From contig CAWGYA010000008.1 of NCBI GenBank assembly GCA_963826715.1, positions 352,001 to 416,000 of the forward strand: 64,000 nucleotides of DNA. Direction: 5' to 3'. Origin of the DNA: Candidatus Bathyarchaeota archaeon (GTDB taxonomy: Archaea; Thermoproteota; Bathyarchaeia; Bathyarchaeales; Bathycorpusculaceae). Shown here piece after piece: positions 59,543 through 64,000 of this stretch. The notes under the pieces were generated by a model that worked only from the letters and a program-made list of their open reading frames with translations, had not been told where the DNA came from and searched no databases. Made by a program: the position numbers and the translations under genes. Position 1 is the first letter of the stretch, and every line of letters begins with the position of its first letter.

Positions 59543-60277
59543 TTAATCTCCTATCTTCTCGAGTGCTTCAACTAAGGTGAAGCGCCCCTCATATAGGGCT
59601 TTACCAATAACTGCACCATTGCAACCTATTTCGTTGAGAGCAGCTAAGTCACCAATTGTACCTATACCACCAGCTGCTATAATTTTAGCATCAGGATATT
59701 GGACTGCAGCACTAAGGGTTTGCAAGTCTGGACCTGTGAGCATGCCATCCTGAACAATAGAGGTAACCAAGAATGTTTGTACTCCAAGATGAGAGTATTT
59801 TTCAAGCGCCATATCAACGTTCATAGGAGTTTCTGTCTGCCAACCCTCTACCATGACATGACCTTCTCGGTTGTCGAGGGCAACGATTACTGAATCTTTT
59901 CCGAATCGTTTCTGGATTTTTTCGATAACAGATGGGGCACTAAATGCTAGGGCGCCTAGGATAACTTGGGCTACGCCTGTTTGGAGTAGTTTCTCAGCAG
60001 TTTCATAGCTTCGGATACCCCCACCGACCTGAATAGGAAGTGAAATGTTTTTTGCTATTTCAGCGATGATACTACGATTGTCGCCTATGCCAAAAGCTGC
60101 GTCTAAGTCGATTATGTGAAGTTTGCCCGCTCCCTCATCACGCCAACGTTGGGCGGCTTCGAGAGGGGTACCGAATTGGGCGGTATAGGTTTTGGCGGTT
60201 TCTGCTTGACCCTTGGTTAGCCTTACGATTTCTTTGCTCATTAAATCGATTGCGGGAATAAGCTGCATTTCTATCAC
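59543..60277 (-). CDS. hisA: ProFAR isomerase
   Basis: IPAIDL, LHIIDLD, QVGGGIRS, DGMLTGPD, GKALYEG. Confidence 0.95.
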   Translation of the reverse strand: MIEMQLIPAIDLMSKEIVRLTKGQAETAKTYTAQFGTPLEAAQRWRDEGAGKLHIIDLDAAFGIGDNRSIIAEIAKNISLPIQVGGGIRSYETAEKLLQTGVAQVILGALAFSAPSVIEKIQKRFGKDSVIVALDNREGHVMVEGWQTETPMNVDMALEKYSHLGVQTFLVTSIVQDGMLTGPDLQTLSAAVQYPDAKIIAAGGIGTIGDLAALNEIGCNGAVIGKALYEGRFTLVEALEKIGD

Positions 60278-60879
60278 CTAACTACTATTTTTGCAAAGTT
60301 TTTTAGAATCTGAAGACCGATATCTCCTGATTTTTCGGGGTGAAATTGGGTACCATAGATGTTTTTTTGAGCTACTGCGGAAGTGAAGGTTGTGCCATAA
60401 TCGGTTTTAGAGATTATGATAAGCGGATTTACCGGAACAGGGTAGAGGGAGTGCACGAAGTAAACAAATGCGCCTTCTGCAATGCCTTCCAAGAGCTCGT
60501 TTGGGCGCACGATGTTCAGAGTGTTCCAGCCCATGTGCGGCACCTTCACATTGCTCGGCAACTGAATGTTTCTGCCACCAAAAAAGCCTAAACCAAGACC
60601 GGGCCCTTCTTCGCTAGATTCAAAGAACAGTTGCAAGCCAAGACAGATTCCTAACAGAGGTACACCCTCGGAAACTTTGGTCTGTAAAGAGTCTCTTATA
60701 GTGCCGAGTCTTTCCAGAGAAGCAGTGAAGCTTCCGACCCCTGGTAATGCTATAGCATCAGCTTTAGCCAAATCTTTATCAGAAGTGCCGATGGATGTTG
60801 TCAAACCAACTTTCTCCAAAGCCGTTTTTAGGCTTAGCAGGTTCCCTACACCATAGTCAAAGATTACTGCGTTTGCCAC
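60274..60879 (-). CDS. hisH: Imidazole glycerol phosphate synthase glutaminase subunit
   Basis: DYGVGNL.S, LPGVG, GICLGLQ, PHMGWN, YFVHS, QFHPEKS. Confidence 0.97.
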   Translation of the reverse strand: MANAVIFDYGVGNLLSLKTALEKVGLTTSIGTSDKDLAKADAIALPGVGSFTASLERLGTIRDSLQTKVSEGVPLLGICLGLQLFFESSEEGPGLGLGFFGGRNIQLPSNVKVPHMGWNTLNIVRPNELLEGIAEGAFVYFVHSLYPVPVNPLIIISKTDYGTTFTSAVAQKNIYGTQFHPEKSGDIGLQILKNFAKIVVR

Positions 60880-60881
60880 TC

Positions 60882-61457
60882 TTAGATGACTCCTTTGGAG
60901 CTAGGGACACCTCTTCGTCGAGGATCAACAGTAGTAGCTTGGCGCAAGGAAAGTGCGAGGGCTTTGGTTGCAGCTTCTGCTTTGTGATGATCATTGTTGC
61001 CGTATTCCACAAATATGTGCACATTACCCTGTAGAGACTGGGTTAAGGACTCGAAGAAGTGCACTATGTCCTCGGTAGGCATATCTTCGACTTTTTTACC
61101 GCGGAGTTTGAGGTCGATTTTAAAGTAAGGACGCTTGACAAGATCAACACTTGCAAATGCGAGGGAGCAGTCCATTGGTGCAGCTGCGAAGCCGAAGCGA
61201 GTGATTCCTTCTCGGGTACCCAAGGCTTTGTTTAGTACATCACCTAAGCCTAATGCAAGGTCTTCGACGATGTGGTGAGCTAAGTCGCCTTTAACGTGAG
61301 CGTCTATATCGATTAGGCTATGAGTGGCTAATGAAGTGAGCATGTGACTAAGAAAAGGCACGGGAGTTTCTATGACAGCTTTTCCTTCACCGTCTATGTT
61401 CACTTTGATTTTTACTTCGGTTTCTTTGGTTTTACGGTAGACTTCTTCGATCCTCAT
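60882..61457 (-). CDS. hisB: Imidazoleglycerol-phosphate dehydratase
   Basis: RKTKET, HHIVED, PMD, NDHHKAEA, PSSKG. Confidence 0.96.
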   Translation of the reverse strand: MRIEEVYRKTKETEVKIKVNIDGEGKAVIETPVPFLSHMLTSLATHSLIDIDAHVKGDLAHHIVEDLALGLGDVLNKALGTREGITRFGFAAAPMDCSLAFASVDLVKRPYFKIDLKLRGKKVEDMPTEDIVHFFESLTQSLQGNVHIFVEYGNNDHHKAEAATKALALSLRQATTVDPRRRGVPSSKGVI

Positions 61458-62578
61458 TTACTATCACCTTGAATTTTCTTTAACGCCTCAATTAGCTTTG
61501 CGTTCATTTCAGGCAAACCCACTGTAACTCGGAAGCAGTTGGGGTATTGTAGGAGTTTACCCCATTTTTTGAGCATTATACCCTGTTCAAGCAACTTAGT
61601 GTAGACCTCATCGGCTGGTTTTACAGTGTTTATGAGAACAAAGTCTGCCTGTGAGGGAAACGCTTGAACGCCTTCTATTTGGTTGAGTTGCTTAATGAGC
61701 TTTCCTCGCTCTTTTAAAAGCTCCGAGACCGCAGTACTTTCAATATCCATATTTTCAAGCATCTTGATGCCCATTCGAACCGAAAATCCGCTTACAGGGT
61801 AAGGGAGGGGAGCCTTCTCGCGTAGCACATTGGCTATAGGGGGGTTTGCAACAGCGTAGCCTATCCTTAGCATTGCTAGCCCGAAGGCTTTGGAGAATGT
61901 GCGTAGGATAATCATATTTGGGAAGTCTCTAATGCGCGGTACAAAGCTGTAGTTAGCGAATTCTCCATAGGCTTCATCAAGTATAACGATACCCGGAAAT
62001 GCTTTGACTATTTTTTCGATGTCTTCAGGTTTCATTTGGTTTGAAGTAGGGTTGTTTGGGCTACAGAGGTAGAGCAGGCGGGTTTTTTCCGAGAACACCG
62101 ATAGCATACGCTCAACATCTAGTTGGAAATCAGCTTTCAGCGGCACCGTCATATATTCGCCTCCTTGGCGTTTCACGCATAGACGTGGAATAGCAAACGA
62201 GGGCACAAACGAGACTGCTATGTCGCCCTTTTCAACGAAGAGGCGTATTATTCGGTCAATCAACTCGTCACCCGCGTTGCCAACAATGAGGAAATCCATT
62301 GGCACACCCATATAACCAGTAAGTTTTTCCCGGAGTTTGGGTTCTTCATCGTCGGGATACATGCGCAAGTCGATTTCGTCGGCTACCTGTTTCACCAAAG
62401 ATATCTGCTTGGTGCGATCTACGAATAGATTTTCATTGAAATTGAGTTTTACGATTTGTGATTCTTCAACGCCGATCCGCTTAGCTAAGGTTTCTGGCGT
62501 GTCCCCTGAGCTATAGCAGTCAATAGTTTCTAGTTTTTTGAGCTTAGTTTTTATCCATTCTTGGTAAGACGAGCTCAT
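61454..62578 (-). CDS. hisC: Histidinol-phosphate aminotransferase
   Basis: KLNFNEN, GNAGDELI, CSPNNPT, DEAY.EF, RTFSKAFGLA.LRIGY; ATG 62578 overlaps the hisD stop. Confidence 0.95.
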   Translation of the reverse strand: MSSSYQEWIKTKLKKLETIDCYSSGDTPETLAKRIGVEESQIVKLNFNENLFVDRTKQISLVKQVADEIDLRMYPDDEEPKLREKLTGYMGVPMDFLIVGNAGDELIDRIIRLFVEKGDIAVSFVPSFAIPRLCVKRQGGEYMTVPLKADFQLDVERMLSVFSEKTRLLYLCSPNNPTSNQMKPEDIEKIVKAFPGIVILDEAYGEFANYSFVPRIRDFPNMIILRTFSKAFGLAMLRIGYAVANPPIANVLREKAPLPYPVSGFSVRMGIKMLENMDIESTAVSELLKERGKLIKQLNQIEGVQAFPSQADFVLINTVKPADEVYTKLLEQGIMLKKWGKLLQYPNCFRVTVGLPEMNAKLIEALKKIQGDSK

Positions 62579-63873
62579 TGAAACCGAGCCTCTATTGCTT
62601 TGTAATGATTGGGGAGATTTTCGGTGAGAGTTAGAACTTTTATTTGGCCCTTTGCTTTTTCTAGTCCATCTTGCGAGCATTCAACTATACTAACGCGTCG
62701 CATGAAATCGATCACAGATAACCCTGAGAATGACTGAGCAAATCCTCCTGTGGGTAGAACATGGTTGGTTCCACTGGCGTAGTCACTAAGAGCCACGGGA
62801 CTGTAGGGACCTATTAAAATTAAGCCTGCAACGATTTTTTGGATGAGTTCGTTGGCGTCCTTTGCCATGACTTCTAAGTGCTCAGCCGCGAATTGATTAG
62901 TTAATTTAACTGCTTCGTTCATATCTTTACAAATTATGATGAATCCATATTTGGATAGGGAATCAGCAACTTTTTCGCCTCGTGGTGCAGTAGCACCTAG
63001 CTTTATGAGGAACTCTTGAACCTGCTCTCCAAGTTTTCGTGAAGGCGTTATCAACCCCGCTACACTATCTGTACCATGTTCACTCTGAGAAATCATATCT
63101 GCCGCTATGAACATTGGATCAGCATATTGGTCGGCTAAAATGAGGACCTCGCTTGGACCCGCGGGCATATCGATTGCGACTTCCTGTGAGGCAATCACTT
63201 TTGCCTGAGTTACGTATTTGCTTCCCGGACCGACAATTTTACGCACTGACTTTATTGTTTCTGTACCGAATGCAAGGGCCGCGATGGCTTGGGCACCGCC
63301 AACTTTGTAAATTTCATCCACTCCGCATACGTCAGAAGCAACGAGAACGAGAGGGTTAACTTTACCTTCAGCATCTGAGGGAGAACAAACCACTATTCGA
63401 GAGACACCCGCAAGCTTTGCAACTAATGCCGTCATAACAACTGTACTTGGATAAGCCGCTTGTCCCCCTGGAACGTAACAACCAACACTTTCGATGGGAC
63501 GCAGTACGGTCTGAACCATAATGCCTTCGTTTAATGCTCTGACTGTTGTTTGACTTAGCAGTTGCTTCTGGAATACACTGACACGCTTCTTCATGAAGTC
63601 TATGGCAGCAACTTGCTCTTTAGTGACTCTGCTGTAAGCTTCCTTAATTTCCTCTGGGCTGGCTTTGAGAGTTAAGGATGTCAGGGGGGATTTGTCGAAT
63701 TTCATGGAAAAATCCAGAAGCGCTTTGTCACCTTCAGCTTTAACTTTGTTTATGATGACTTTCACATAAGCTTCAAGTTCGGCAGTGACTTTTTGATCTG
63801 TTTGCTGCCGCTTATACCAGTCAGCGGGTAAGTTTTTGGAATCCCAAACTTTTACGGTTGGTCCTTTCGACAT
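62575..63873 (-). CDS. hisD: Histidinol dehydrogenase
   Basis: GCYVPGG, GGAQAIAALAFG, DMPAGPSE, QSEH, AAEHL, DYASGTNHVLPT. Confidence 0.97.
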   Translation of the reverse strand: MSKGPTVKVWDSKNLPADWYKRQQTDQKVTAELEAYVKVIINKVKAEGDKALLDFSMKFDKSPLTSLTLKASPEEIKEAYSRVTKEQVAAIDFMKKRVSVFQKQLLSQTTVRALNEGIMVQTVLRPIESVGCYVPGGQAAYPSTVVMTALVAKLAGVSRIVVCSPSDAEGKVNPLVLVASDVCGVDEIYKVGGAQAIAALAFGTETIKSVRKIVGPGSKYVTQAKVIASQEVAIDMPAGPSEVLILADQYADPMFIAADMISQSEHGTDSVAGLITPSRKLGEQVQEFLIKLGATAPRGEKVADSLSKYGFIIICKDMNEAVKLTNQFAAEHLEVMAKDANELIQKIVAGLILIGPYSPVALSDYASGTNHVLPTGGFAQSFSGLSVIDFMRRVSIVECSQDGLEKAKGQIKVLTLTENLPNHYKAIEARFQ

Positions 63874-64000
63874 TGACCTTCGCTTCTCCGTGCAATTTCA
63901 TCCAGCGCCAGCACCTGTCGGGGCTCATACACAACTAGACCCTGCGCGATTTTGCGGATTTTGGGCAAAAGCTCAATTAGGCAGTCTTTTTCGATAACTG
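63852..64000 (-). CDS. hisG: 3' end of the upstream his-operon gene, probably long-form ATP phosphoribosyltransferase (partial)
   Basis: VIEKDCLIELLPKIRKIAQGLVVYEPRQVLALDEI...* ends at 63852, overlapping the hisD start; fits a HisG C-terminal regulatory domain and the operon position. Confidence 0.6.
   Translation of the reverse strand, partial: VIEKDCLIELLPKIRKIAQGLVVYEPRQVLALDEIARRSEGQCRKDQP

Noticed and set aside
62579-62680. N-terminal extension of hisC (likewise HAD 17115-17237 and glpX 6745-6774)
   Set aside because: They overlap upstream genes; internal ATGs at the gene junctions fit the family starts
1-64000. CRISPR array, rRNA, IS elements, selenocysteine/pyrrolysine read-through
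   Set aside because: No spaced direct repeats, rRNA-like tracts, transposase ORFs or conserved genes interrupted by in-frame TGA/TAG were seen by eye

Overview
Archaeal chromosomal window, mostly housekeeping genes. An archaeal histone, eS25, eS17, Rpo6, thermosome, archease/RtcB, tetraether lipid synthase Tes and frequent TTG/GTG starts point to a TACK archaeon, most likely Bathyarchaeia (inference). From left to right it holds: a gluconeogenesis/alpha-glucan cluster (pgk, bacterial-type gap, wHTH-DUF5752, GT4, glpX, DUF2090 aldolase); tRNA-Arg(CCG); a stress/iron/redox accessory block (B12 radical SAM, KGG protein, flavodoxin, ferritin-like protein, two Cys-rich regulators around a tandem palindromic operator, wHTH-VIT1 fusion, HypA plus an Mrp-type ATPase); EndoQ; TldD/E; a GH57-DUF5752/GT4 operon; archease-adk-RtcB; thermosome-rpo6; a TrpY/TrpB2 divergon with TRP boxes; nucleotide-sugar genes; tes-rps25e; and the his operon, cut by the right edge. 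I saw no CRISPR array, transposase or rRNA. The best leads are an unexplained ~260-nt end-paired structured RNA candidate (51065-51324, minus strand) behind rps17e and a HEPN-like gene, a probable CTG start codon for rps17e, a GlpX + DUF2090 aldolase pair possibly replacing the archaeal bifunctional FBP aldolase/phosphatase, and a DUF5752-linked alpha-glucan system. All calls come from reading motifs by eye; no searches or folding programs were run.
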